Both the position numbers and the translations under genes were made by a program. 64,000 nucleotides of DNA from Asterias rubens (lineage: Eukaryota). Position 1 is the first letter of the stretch. Each line of letters opens with the position of its first letter. Location: the NCBI RefSeq assembly GCF_902459465.1, contig NC_047081.1, positions 62,001-126,000 of the forward strand. The letters run 5' to 3'. Shown here piece after piece: positions 41,501 to 53,500 of this stretch. Under the pieces are notes generated by a model that saw only the letters and a list, made by a program, of their open reading frames with translations, ran no database searches and was not told the origin of the DNA.

Positions 41501-44500
41501 TAGTCTGTTGAAACAGTTCTTACCATGGATACAAGTAACAGGTTCAGGGTTAGGGTTGTCATTACTAGTCTGTTGAAACAGTTCTTACCATGGATACAAG
41601 TAACAGCTTCAGGGTTGGGGTTGACGTTACTAGTCTGTTGAAACAGTTCTTACCATGGATAAGAGTAACAGGTTCAGGGTTGGGGTTGTCGTTACTAGTC
41701 TGTTGAAACAGTTCTTACCATGGATAAGAGTAACAGGTTTAGGGTTGGGGTTGACGTTACTAGTCTGTTGAAACAGTTCTTACCATGGATAAGAGTAACA
41801 GGTTCAGGGTTGGGGTTGACGTTACTAGTCTGTTGAAACAGTTCTTACCATGGATACAAGTAACAGGTTCAGGGTTAGGGTTGTCATTACTAGTCTGTTG
41901 AAACAGTTCTTACCATGGATACAAGTAACAGCTTCAGGGTTGGGGTTGACGTTACTAGTCTGTTGAAACAGTTCTTACCATGGATAAGAGTAACAGGTTC
42001 AGGGTTGGGGTTGACGTTACTAGTCTGTTGAAACAGTTCTTACCATGGATAAGAGTAACAGGTTTAGGGTTGGGGTTGACGTTACTAGTCTGTTGAAACA
42101 GTTCTTACCATGGATAAGAGTAACAGGTTCAGGGTTGGGGTTGACGTTACTAGTCTGTTGAAACAGTTCTTACCATGGATACAAGTAACAGGTTCAGGGT
42201 TGGGGTTGTCATTACTAGTCTGTTGAAACAGTTCTTACCATGGATAAGAGTAACAGGTTTAGGGTTGGGGTTGACGTTACTAGTCTGTTGAAACAGTTCT
42301 TACCATGGATAAGAGTAACAGGTTCAGGGTTGGGGTTGACGTTACTAGTCTGTTGAAACAGTTCTTACCATGGATAAGAGTAACAGGTTTAGGGTTGGGG
42401 TTGACGTTACTAGTCTGTTGAAACAGTTCTTACCATGGATAAGAGTAACAGGTTCAGGGTTGGGGTTGTCGTTACTAGTCTGTTGAAACAGTTCTTACCA
42501 TGGATACAAGTAACAGGTTCAGGGTTGGGGTTGACGTTACTAGTCTGTTGAAACAGTTCTTACCATGGATAAGAGTAACAGGTTCAGGGTTGGGGTTGTC
42601 GTTACTAGTCTGTTGAAACATCTTTGCTACTCTTCTTAAAGCCTTTGCTTGGTCAGTGTTCAGTTTGTATGTCTCTATCATAAGTGTAGCAATGTGATCC
42701 TGAAACAAGATACAAAGATTCAAAGCAGGAGTATTAAGTCCAACCAATCTAACGCATCAGACTCGGTTCTTTATCAATTGCGACTAGAGCAGAAGCCAAA
42801 GCTGTGTTTCAAATAAGGATCTATGGTCATTAAGTATACTTACAATTTCTTGTGGAGGGTAGTTCAGGAATTTAGACTGACTCTGAGCTTGAGCTGGTGA
42901 CTTGAATGTCGACAGTCTTGATTGAGTGATAGGTTGATTGTCCGACCTTAATATCAATTACACCAAACAGAACAAAGTAAGATCTGAAGCTTTGATCAGT
43001 ATGCAAAAGACTTCTCAAAGATAACTTGCGGATTAACATGGCCACAGTGGATTTTCAAACCTGCAAGATTAGATATCCCCAAGAAGCCTCATAACTTTGA
43101 GGGGATACTCGATGCCACAGACTAGCCACCCAAACCCTGTGGATTTGCTGACACAAAGTCAATTAAAATGATGAAGAGAGATCAAACTTACCTATTGATG
43201 AGAGACTGTAGTATCGGCACTGATGTAGAATTGACATGTTCCTTTAGATTACTCAGACATACCAGCTCTGAACTCGCATTACAGGCAAGGATGGCATGTA
43301 CAGTACCTGAAAATAATCATCAACTTAGTCAATATAGTCATTGAGTCTGAGCTCCAAATCCAACTCTATAAGTTTGAGTCCGAGTCAAGGTTTGAGTCAT
43401 TGGTCATCATGGATCAAAGATGACTCGATTTAGAGTCATGCCATTTACCACCTTGTGTATGGATTCTAGCCCCGACCCGATTGAAGGGGTTTCCCCCATA
43501 CAGGTTTTACACCCACATCTAAAACTAAATACTGCTGTAGCCTCTCCAATACATCCAGTTATTGGCACTAGAGCACTTAATTCTCTTAGGGTATCACAAA
43601 CAAGTTGAAAACAATATTTACATGGTGACGGCCAATTGGAAGTAGAATAACACGCTAGTGGCTCTATCTCAACATCATTATTAGACGACGGACCATGGTA
43701 GACACTCTTGGCAAGAAAAGTTGACCTGGGGTCAAAGGTTAGGTCCTTGGAAATTACCCAGATGTCATCTACGGTTCAACAAAGAAACTGAAAGTCAGTA
43801 AAATATGAGGATATATGATGATATAGAAATAAAAGGCCATAGAATATAGAAGGTAAGACGTTACCTTTGCCATAGGAAGTTGATGCTTCTTTCCATGATA
43901 GATTCAAGTACAGCTTCTTCTTTGTGCTTTTCATCATTTGTTGTTTGCGTTTTATTGCCCAAGCCTGGAATAACAGAAATTAGCAAGTCATCAAATATCA
44001 TCATGAACATTTACTTTCAATTCTATTTCCCACCTTTAACTTTGATGGATTCAGTTCTACAGTCATATAATGTCATTGTGGTGCTGTGATTGTATTTTGA
44101 CAACTTTTAGGGCAAATGTCCCTCCATGGTCTACTACAGAGAGTTCACTGTAGTGTGACCCACCAGTAATGAACTGAAAAATGGAGTCTAAGACAAATTT
44201 GACAAATAACATTATAGAAATATAAGGAACTTACTGGTGCGCCAGGCAACATGGAGTTATATGAACAAGTTCTCCGGAATTCACAACCGTAGTACAGGCG
44301 AACATTTTGACTCTTGAAGAACGTCATCGCTGCATTGGGCTCCATTAGGGATATCTTGGTGCTACTTGATCCCTTAGCATCACTGGATGGGTCCGATTTA
44401 AACTGATCTGCCCACAGGAAAAACTGCATCAAGACGATGAAAAGAGCAAGGGGATCAGGGTTTCAGACGGAAAGGATTAGTTTCAATTTATTGTTAATTG

Positions 44501-47500
44501 GGAGACAACCAACATAGGGCTAGATAGCCGTTGGTAGCGGGCTCTCGCTAATCCATCAGTTTAAAGACCAGCTCCAGTAAATTTGCCCTCGTTCAACCAC
44601 AAATGATTGTTCAACTACAAATTAAAGAAGAATTTTACAACGATGACATCATAATTACATAAGGTAAAGAAGTAACATGGTTTTCTAAAATCCTGTTTGT
44701 AGAATGGGGCTAAACAGTGATGGAGCTTGAATATAAGATTTTGGAATGTTATTTTATGAACACACCTTGCATTGGTTGGAACGAGGCGCACTACAAGCAT
44801 AGAAGAATCTGCCTTTGTTCTTGCCTTCCTTCTTAACACACACCATCTTAGCAGCATTGCCATGGTTACACTGAGGAGCGCGGCTGGCTTGAGGGTTATC
44901 AATGGAGGCTAGCGGCGTTGAGGAGTCAAGGCATTGGGTATCAACTTTATTTCTGGCTGTGTGGAAGCGTTGACCAAGGTTGAACAAGATGAGATTAAGA
45001 TGCTCTGTAGTCAAATAATCATCAGAATAAAATTACCGTCAACCCTTAAACACACTAGCTGATTAAAATCCTATACTGCATATTACATATTCTGCAATTT
45101 GGGTTTTCATGGCACATAGTTTAAAATGTTTAATAAAAAAGTGCTGTCAGTTTACCTTTGAGAGCTGATGTGAAGACTTGTTTATAAGAAGCTACTGATG
45201 GGAAGGAAGGAGGGATTTGGACTTGACGTTTGAGGGAGGCAACACCCTGAACTTCACCTGCTGAGGGAAAGAACAATTCCCCACTGACGCTTCTCTGAAA
45301 GTCAAACAAAAACATCCAACAAACATCATTAACTCTTCAACTGGTTGTGGACTTTTCTCGTAGTCAAATGCGGGAGTGAGGGGACAAGTTTAACAGCTGC
45401 TTGGAAAAGTTTAACTATTCTGCTTAATTGTCTCATCTGGTAACCGATCAAACCGTATGTTTTCTGTTTGTTCTGGTTCTGTTCCTGATTCTCCATGAAG
45501 TGGTTTATAAGAGTCAATTCTCTGTACTGGTTATGAAAGTTTTGACCTTTTGCAAATCCAAAATAATTATCATTGCGCTTTACACACAAAATTATGGCAA
45601 ACTGCAATGTGATATCATATGAATAACTATATTTATACAGTCAACCCTCCAACTGTCTGACCGTTCAATCATCCACTGTGGTTTAGAAAGATAGATGCAT
45701 GTATGCCAGCCTGCGATAAGTCATTTAATGATTGAATCTATCAGTATTATCTCTGTTCTCACCCCTGATGAAAGTAAACTCTGTCCAGCTATTGATGAAG
45801 TAGGATTCTTGAAGCCCTTGTATTGTTGCCTCGCTAAAAACTGTAAAGACAAGCCCTCTGCTGAAATCATCAAGAAAACATTAGAAGTGTGAACAATCTA
45901 TGACCACATCAGTCCGATAAAAACAACAGTTCATAAAGGTTAATATTGCAATACTCCTGGAAAAGGGTGTAAGGCTCTATGCCCTTTTTCTCAGGACACA
46001 AAACAAATAACAAGATTCGATTCAAATCTATGTTTTTAACCTAGTATTTGGTTCCCACTTTCCTAACTGGTAAACTTATCAAAAGACAGCCAGGTTTTCA
46101 TATGAATGCAAATAAAGACGTAAAGTCTTGTAACAGCCCGAGCACAGAAAAACCCCAGTATATCATGGCATATGTGACATGACACATTAATATCAGATGG
46201 CACATCTAGAGGACATCACCTGTACAGTCTGGGTAATTATAAGTGTTGCTTGGTGTACTGGATGGGCTGATGGTACCCTGCTGGTCCAACCAGTTACTAT
46301 TGTTGCCTGTAGATACATCTCTCCCTGCCTTAATGCTGAGATTCTGATTGTAAGATGCTTCGTTCTGATGAGGAGTGCTCATCTCTTGTCTCAATTTGAA
46401 GAGACTCCGAGTGAAGTCAGAGATGCTATCATCTTCTACAAAGATCTTTGGTGTATTGAACTGATTTTTGGCTTTGCATGGTCTCCACTTTGAGGGACTT
46501 TGACGAATCTTAGGGCTGTAAGTATATTGTCTCCATTTACAGGGACTTGTAGAAACATCCGGGCTGTAAGCATCTTGAAGTGAAGATGACAAATTGCTGT
46601 GTATATTAGATTGATTTAGGCCTCCATCTTGTCTCAATTTACAGGGACTTCCAGAAAAGTCTGCAGTAGTAGCATCTTGAATTGATGATTGCAAGATGTT
46701 CTGCAACTCAGATTGACATTCGAGATTGTCTTGCCTCCCTTTAGATGGACTTTGCCAAACCTTCAGCCTGTTGGTGTCTTCATAAGTAGATCCCAAGATG
46801 TTCCGCAATTGAGTTTGGACATCATCCCGTCTCCAATTAGGGGAATATGGAGGTACCAGGCCAGTAACATCTTGCTGTCTACAGATATCTTCCATCAACT
46901 GCTTGTCATAGCTTTGGTTGTATCCATTGTGATCCTGTCTCCAGATACAGGGGCGTGAGATGGTAGATTCATTGTGGGCTATATCTTCCATTAGCTGTTT
47001 GTCATAGCTTTGGTTGTATCCATTGTGATCCTGTCTCCAGATACAGGGGCGTGAGATGGTAGATTCATTGTGGGCTATATCTTCCTTCAACTGCTTGTCA
47101 TAGGTTTGGTTGTATCCATTGTGATCCTGTCTCCAGATACAGGGGCGTGAGATGGTAGATTCATTGTGGGCTATATCTTCCTTCAACTGTTTGTCATAGG
47201 TTTGGTTGTATCCATTGTGATCCTGTCTCCAGATACAGGGGCGTGAGATGGTAGATTCATTGTGGGCTATATCTTCCATTAGCTGTTTGTCATAGCTTTG
47301 GTTGTATCCATTGTGATCCTGTCTCCAGATACAGGGGCGTGAGATGGTAGATTCATTGTGGGCTATATCTTCCTTCAACTGCTTGTCATAGGTTTGGTTG
47401 TATCCATTGTGATCCTGTCTCCAGATACAGGGGCGTGAGATGGTAGATTCATTGTGGGCTGTATCTTCCATTAGCTGTTTGTCATAGCTTTGGTTGTATC

Positions 47501-50500
47501 CATTGTGATCCTGTCTCCAGATACAGGGGCGTGAGATGGTAGATTCATTGTGGGCTATATCTTCCTTCAACTGCTTGTCATAGGTTTGGTTGTATCCATT
47601 GTGATCCTGTCTCCAGATACAGGGGCGTGAGATGGTAGATTCATTGTGGGCTGTATCTTCCATTAGCTGTTTGTCATAGCTTTGGTTGTATCCATTGTGA
47701 TCCTGTCTCCAGATACAGGGGCGTGAGATGGTAGATTCATTGTGGGCTATATCTTCCATTAGCTGTTTGTCATAGGTTTGGTTGTATCCATTGTGATCCT
47801 GTCTCCAGATACAGGGGCGTGAGATGGTAGATTCATTGTGGGCTATATCTTCCTTCAACTGCTTGTCATAGGTTTGGTTGTATCCATTGTGATCCTGTCT
47901 CCAGATACAGGGGCGTGAGATGGTAGATTCATTGTGGGCTATATCTTCCTTCAACTGCTTGTCATAGGTTTGGTTGTATCCATTGTGATCCTGTCTCCAG
48001 ATACAGGGGCGTGAGATGGTAGATTCATTGTGGGCTATATCTTCCATCAACTGCTTGTCATAGCTTTGGTTGTATCCATTGTGATCCTGTCTCCAGATAC
48101 AGGGGCGTGAGATGGTAGATTCATTGTGGGCTATATCTTCCATTAGCTGTTTGTCATAGGTTTGGTTGTATCCATTGTGATCCTGTCTCCAGATACAGGG
48201 GCGTGAGATGGTAGATTCATTGTGGGCTATATCTTCCATTAGCTGTTTGTCATAGGTTTGGTTGTATCCATTGTGATCCTGTCTCCAGATACAGGGGCGT
48301 GAGATGGTAGATTCATTGTGGGCTATATCTTCCATCAACTGTTTGTCATAGGTTTGGTTGTATCCATTGTGATCCTGTCTCCAGATACAGGGGCGTGAGA
48401 TGGTAGATTCATTGTGGGCTATATCTTCCATCAACTGCTTGTCATAGGTTTGGTTGTATCCATTGTGATCCTGTCTCCAGATACAGGGGCGTGAGATGGT
48501 AGATTCATTGTGGGCTATATCTTCCATCAACTGTTTGTCATAGGTTTGGTTGTATCCATTGTGATCCTGTCTCCAGATACAGGGGCGTGAGATGGTAGAT
48601 TCATTGTGGGCTATATCTTCCTTCAACTGCTTGTCATAGGTTTGGTTGTATCCATTGTGATCCTGTCTCCAGATACAGGGGCGTGAGATGGTAGATTCAT
48701 TGTGGGCTATATCTTCCTTCAACTGCTTGTCATAGCTTTGGTTGTATCCATTGTGATCCTGTCTCCAGATACAGGGGCGTGAGATGGTAGATTCATTGTG
48801 GGCTATATCTTCCTTCAACTGCTTGTCATAGCTTTGGTTGTATCCATTGTGATCCTGTCTCCAGATACAGGGGCGTGAGATGGTAGATTCATTGTGGGCT
48901 ATATCTTCCATCAACTGCTTGTCATAGGTTTGGTTGTATCCATTGTGATCCTGTCTCCAGATACAGGGGCGTGAGATGGTAGATTCATTGTGGGCTATAT
49001 CTTCCATCAACTGTTTGTCATAGGTTTGGTTGTATCCATTGTGATCCTGTCTCCAGATACAGGGGCGTGAGATGGTAGATTCATTGTGGGCTATATCTTC
49101 CTTCAACTGCTTGTCATAGGTTTGGTTGTATCCATTGTGATCCTGTCTCCAGATACAGGGGCGTGAGATGGTAGATTCATTGTGGGCTATATCTTCCATC
49201 AACTGTTTGTCATAGGTTTGGTTGTATCCATTGTGATCCTGTCTCCAGATACAGGGGCGTGAGATGGTAGATTCATTGTGGGCTATATCTTCCATCAACT
49301 GCTTGTCATAGGTTTGGTTGTATCCATTGTGATCCTGTCTCCAGATACAGGGGCGTGAGATGGTAGATTTGTATCCATTGTGATCCTGTCTCCAGATACA
49401 GGGGCGTGAGATGGTAGATTCATTGTGGGCTATATCTTCCTTCAACTGCTTGTCATAGGTTTGGTTGTATCCATTGTGATCCTGTCTCCAGATACAGGGG
49501 CGTGAGATGGTAGATTCATTGTGGGCTATATCTTCCTTCAACTGCTTGTCATAGGTTTGGTTGTATCCATTGTGATCCTGTCTCCAGATACAGGGGCGTG
49601 AGATGGTAGATTCATTGTGGGCTATATCTTCCTTCAACTGCTTGTCATAGGTTTGGTTGTATCCATTGTGATCCTGTCTCCAGATACAGGGGCGTGAGAT
49701 GGTAGATTCATTGTGGGCTATATCTTCCATCAACTGCTTGTCATAGGTTTGGTTGTATCTGTAGTGGAGTTGTCCTGGTGCAACATTCTTGTCAGTTAGT
49801 GTAGAGATGAATGGAAAGGATTCAGTTGTTGCAGTATAACTAGGATACAATATATCGGATGTTAAAGTTGAATCAAGAATTACCTCAGATCCAAACATAT
49901 CTACTGCCTCTTTCTCTGTGGTGTATGAAGAAAGATTCATTTCAGATCTTGAATGAAGAGTGTCCGATTCTTTTTCTTTGAAGAATGTCTCCCAATGTGG
50001 AAGATGCTCTGATGCTTCTTTCCATTGCTCATCTTTAGCTCCATCCTCATCACACGGCAATGTTGGTACTTGAGGTCTTGCCTGGATGGGAGTGGAGTAT
50101 CCTCCATCTTGGGAAGCGACAGGGAATTGTTGCCGTCTTGCACTGGCTTGGTATAGGGTTGCAGCTGGAGGCCTTCTGCGTACCGTTCCACTCGACACAG
50201 GGTCATTCCAGTAATTCTCTCTCTTTCTCTTTTTAGGTTTCTGCAGGGAGATAAGCATATATGTTTTAATGATCAATTTTAGTTTAGAAATACAAACAAA
50301 TGTAGAGAATGATTCATTTTAAAACCAAATATTGGATGTACACATGAGTGAGTTGTTAAAATATAATCATGAGATGAAACCTGGACTATTCCATTTTACA
50401 TCTGCTCAGGACTCAGACAGCACCGAGTTTACAGTGCATATCGCACATCGGTGTAAAGGTAAAAAACCCAAACTAATAGAATCACCTTGTCACTGAGTCT

Positions 50501-53500
50501 TGGGATGCATCCTTCAGCAGACACATCCTCCTCATTAAAAGGACCCCTCCTCAGCTGAGATGGATGAGGCAACGACGGATGAGGTAACGATGGATGAAGT
50601 AACGATGAGTAAGGATCGATGCATCCTTCGGGAGACATATCCTCATCATTAGAAGGTCCCCTCTTCAGCTGAGATGGATGAGATACCGCTGGATGAGGTA
50701 ACGATGGGTCAGGTAACGATGAGTAATGAACGATGTATCCTTCTGGAGATGTTGTCTGCTCCCTGAGAGGTACTCTCGCTACAGATTCATCATCTGATGG
50801 GTAAAATTGAGTCGCATGTTTAAATATTTTCCTGTATGTTTACAGTGTGTAAGCAATAATATAAGCAGATGGCGCGTTGTCATACCGCACCACACCGGCA
50901 CCTTCAAATGGCTCATACGAATGTTACAAATATTCACCAGCATCACAAAATACCATCTCAAAATACAACCTTGCCCGAAAGTCTTAATGTACAACATAGA
51001 CTTAATGCATTATTGATAATCAGAAAGTTGTAAAAACTATTAACAACGCTGTCTGTATTATCATGACAATTTTGTGAGGTTACTGATTTTAAAGTTGGGA
51101 TTTTGTAATACCAAAAAATAATTACAAATAATTCTTTTAGGAGATTGAACTATTCCCACCTCCTTGTGATATCACATGAATGGTAACATTTGTACTTTAC
51201 TTATTTTACATGATAGCTTCTAATTTACTCACCTCTTATGTCGAGCAATGGCTGACTGGATTGTGGATATCTGTCAATCATCTGATGGTCTTTTGGGATC
51301 ATCCAGCGATCAAGGCAACTCTCTGATTCACATCGGCTTGAAGATTCTTGATCTATCATCTCTGTGTGATCTTCATTGATGATTTCATCTAAGAGTACTT
51401 CTGCCTCTTGATGAATGGAATGAAGGAATGAGGAGCAAGGTCTGGAGGCAGACGGGGACCAAGGACTCGAGGGAGAATCTCTCTTGTTGTTTGTTGACAT
51501 TGGCAGCCACTGAGGATTTACAGAAATCCCAGCATCGTTGTACCAGTCATGGTTGGGCATCGCTGGAGATAAAGTTACTGCTTTTTGAGTTTGGAAGTTT
51601 TCAAACAGACTCCCTGAGCATCTGCCATCAGAATTTTGTTGAAAATGATTCTGATTGCCATGTGAGAAACGTTGACCTGTTTCAAAAAACTGTGGTGAAG
51701 TTGATTGACAGAAGTCCTCTTCTGTATTTTGAGTCTTGATTCTCAGCATAGGGTTTTGTTCATCTTCATTTAGATCAATATTTTCTGAGTATTTTACTGC
51801 TGTTCCTTGATTGAAATAATCCATCTCTGTTTTATGCGACACCATTTCTGTCTTACTCCTCCTTGCCACTCCTCTCAACTTAATTGGGTTAAAGAAAGAA
51901 ACATCCTGAGACCGCTTAGAAATGGGAGAGCAGATTGGAGGAATGACATCAATAGTATGGCTTCCCATCTGAACTTCAGGAACAAGCAACATTTCACCAC
52001 TTATGTTTTCGCTCATCCTCTTTAGAATATTTGAGTGGAAGAATCCTTTTATGTCTCTTCGCTGTGGAGTCTTACGCTGGACGTATTTATCTTGAGACAC
52101 TGTCAGATGATCAGCATTGAATCGGTCTTGATCAACAGGTACGCATTGTTCTGTTGGACTACTACTACTCTCTGCCCAGGTCCGTTGGTTCTTAGACTCA
52201 GCTTCTAACTGTGGACTTACTCTGCTTTGTTGTTGATGTAATCCATAGCTCGATACCTCATTCTCTTGTCTGTTCTCTACAAGTAGGTTCATCCTTGGCA
52301 CAACTTCTTGTTTACCTTGATCCCAAATTCCAGTTATAGGCAGTGTAATGGTCAATTGAGGCACGACACAATCGCTAGTCTCTCCTAGTTCTTGACTTGA
52401 CGTACAATCCATGTTTCTCAGCCACTCCTCAACGGGATACTGGGAGAGGGTTTTCCCGTCTTCATTAACCATCTTGATGCGTTTATCTTCACGGTAATGA
52501 GGGAACTCAGAAGTGGGAACCTGGGATTGGTATTGGATGATTTTAAGATCACCATCTCTGTCTATAATTTCAGCAGGAGCCTCGTTGCTACAGTTAGGCT
52601 TGGGTGATGCTCTGGCATTCTCTGAAGTTAAAGGTAAAGACAATAGAGCATCTTCTCCTGTATCTGGCATCTTATTCTGCATCACAGAATCTTCAGTAGT
52701 TGCATCTTGTGAAGAAACAGGTGGGTGACGCTTTTGCTCATTTTCTTGAAAGTGGTTTCTTGACTTCCATGATGATTCAAAGCCTGTTGTTAACTCATCA
52801 GTGCATTCGGCACACATGTCCTGTAGTGTGTTACTCAACTCAACTCCACAAAGGGTGCAGACTATTTTAGAGTCCGTTATCTCAGCAATGGTTGTGTCTG
52901 AAGTTTCGGAATCTGTACTTGGGATGTCAATAACCAGTTCACTTGGGTCATTCTCAGTGTTCTCACAATTATCCTGGCTAGCTGGGTTATCACCATCATC
53001 CTGATTACTAACATCCTGCTTGTTACTACTCTGATCACCATGGTTTCCCTCATCAAGACTGTTACTAGCAGCATGGTTACTACAATCTTGGTTTATCTCA
53101 TCACTATGGTTGCCATTATCCAAAGGGTTGTTCTCACCATGGTTGTTACTTTCCTCCCTGTCACCCTGGTTACAATTACCCTGGTTACTACAATCTTGAT
53201 TTATCTCATTACCATGGTTGCCAACAGCTTGACTGTTACCATCACCATTGTTTACATCACCATGGTTACTACAATCCTGTTTTGTCTCATCACCATGGTT
53301 ACTACAATCCTGGTTTATCTCATCATCATGAAAGCCATCATCCTGACTAATACTATCACCATGGTTGGTACTATCCTCACCACTGTCACCCTGGTTACTG
53401 TCACCCTGGTTTAACACGCTACCATCTTGGTTACAATGAACATGGTTTATCTCATCATTACAGCTACTGGCATCATCAACATGCGCCCTAATATGGATCC

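Noticed and set aside
40735-42620. CRISPR-like appearance of the regular arrays (also 6008-7483 and 46884-49759)
   Set aside because: No unique spacers, no cas genes, eukaryotic context; these are head-to-tail tandem repeats.
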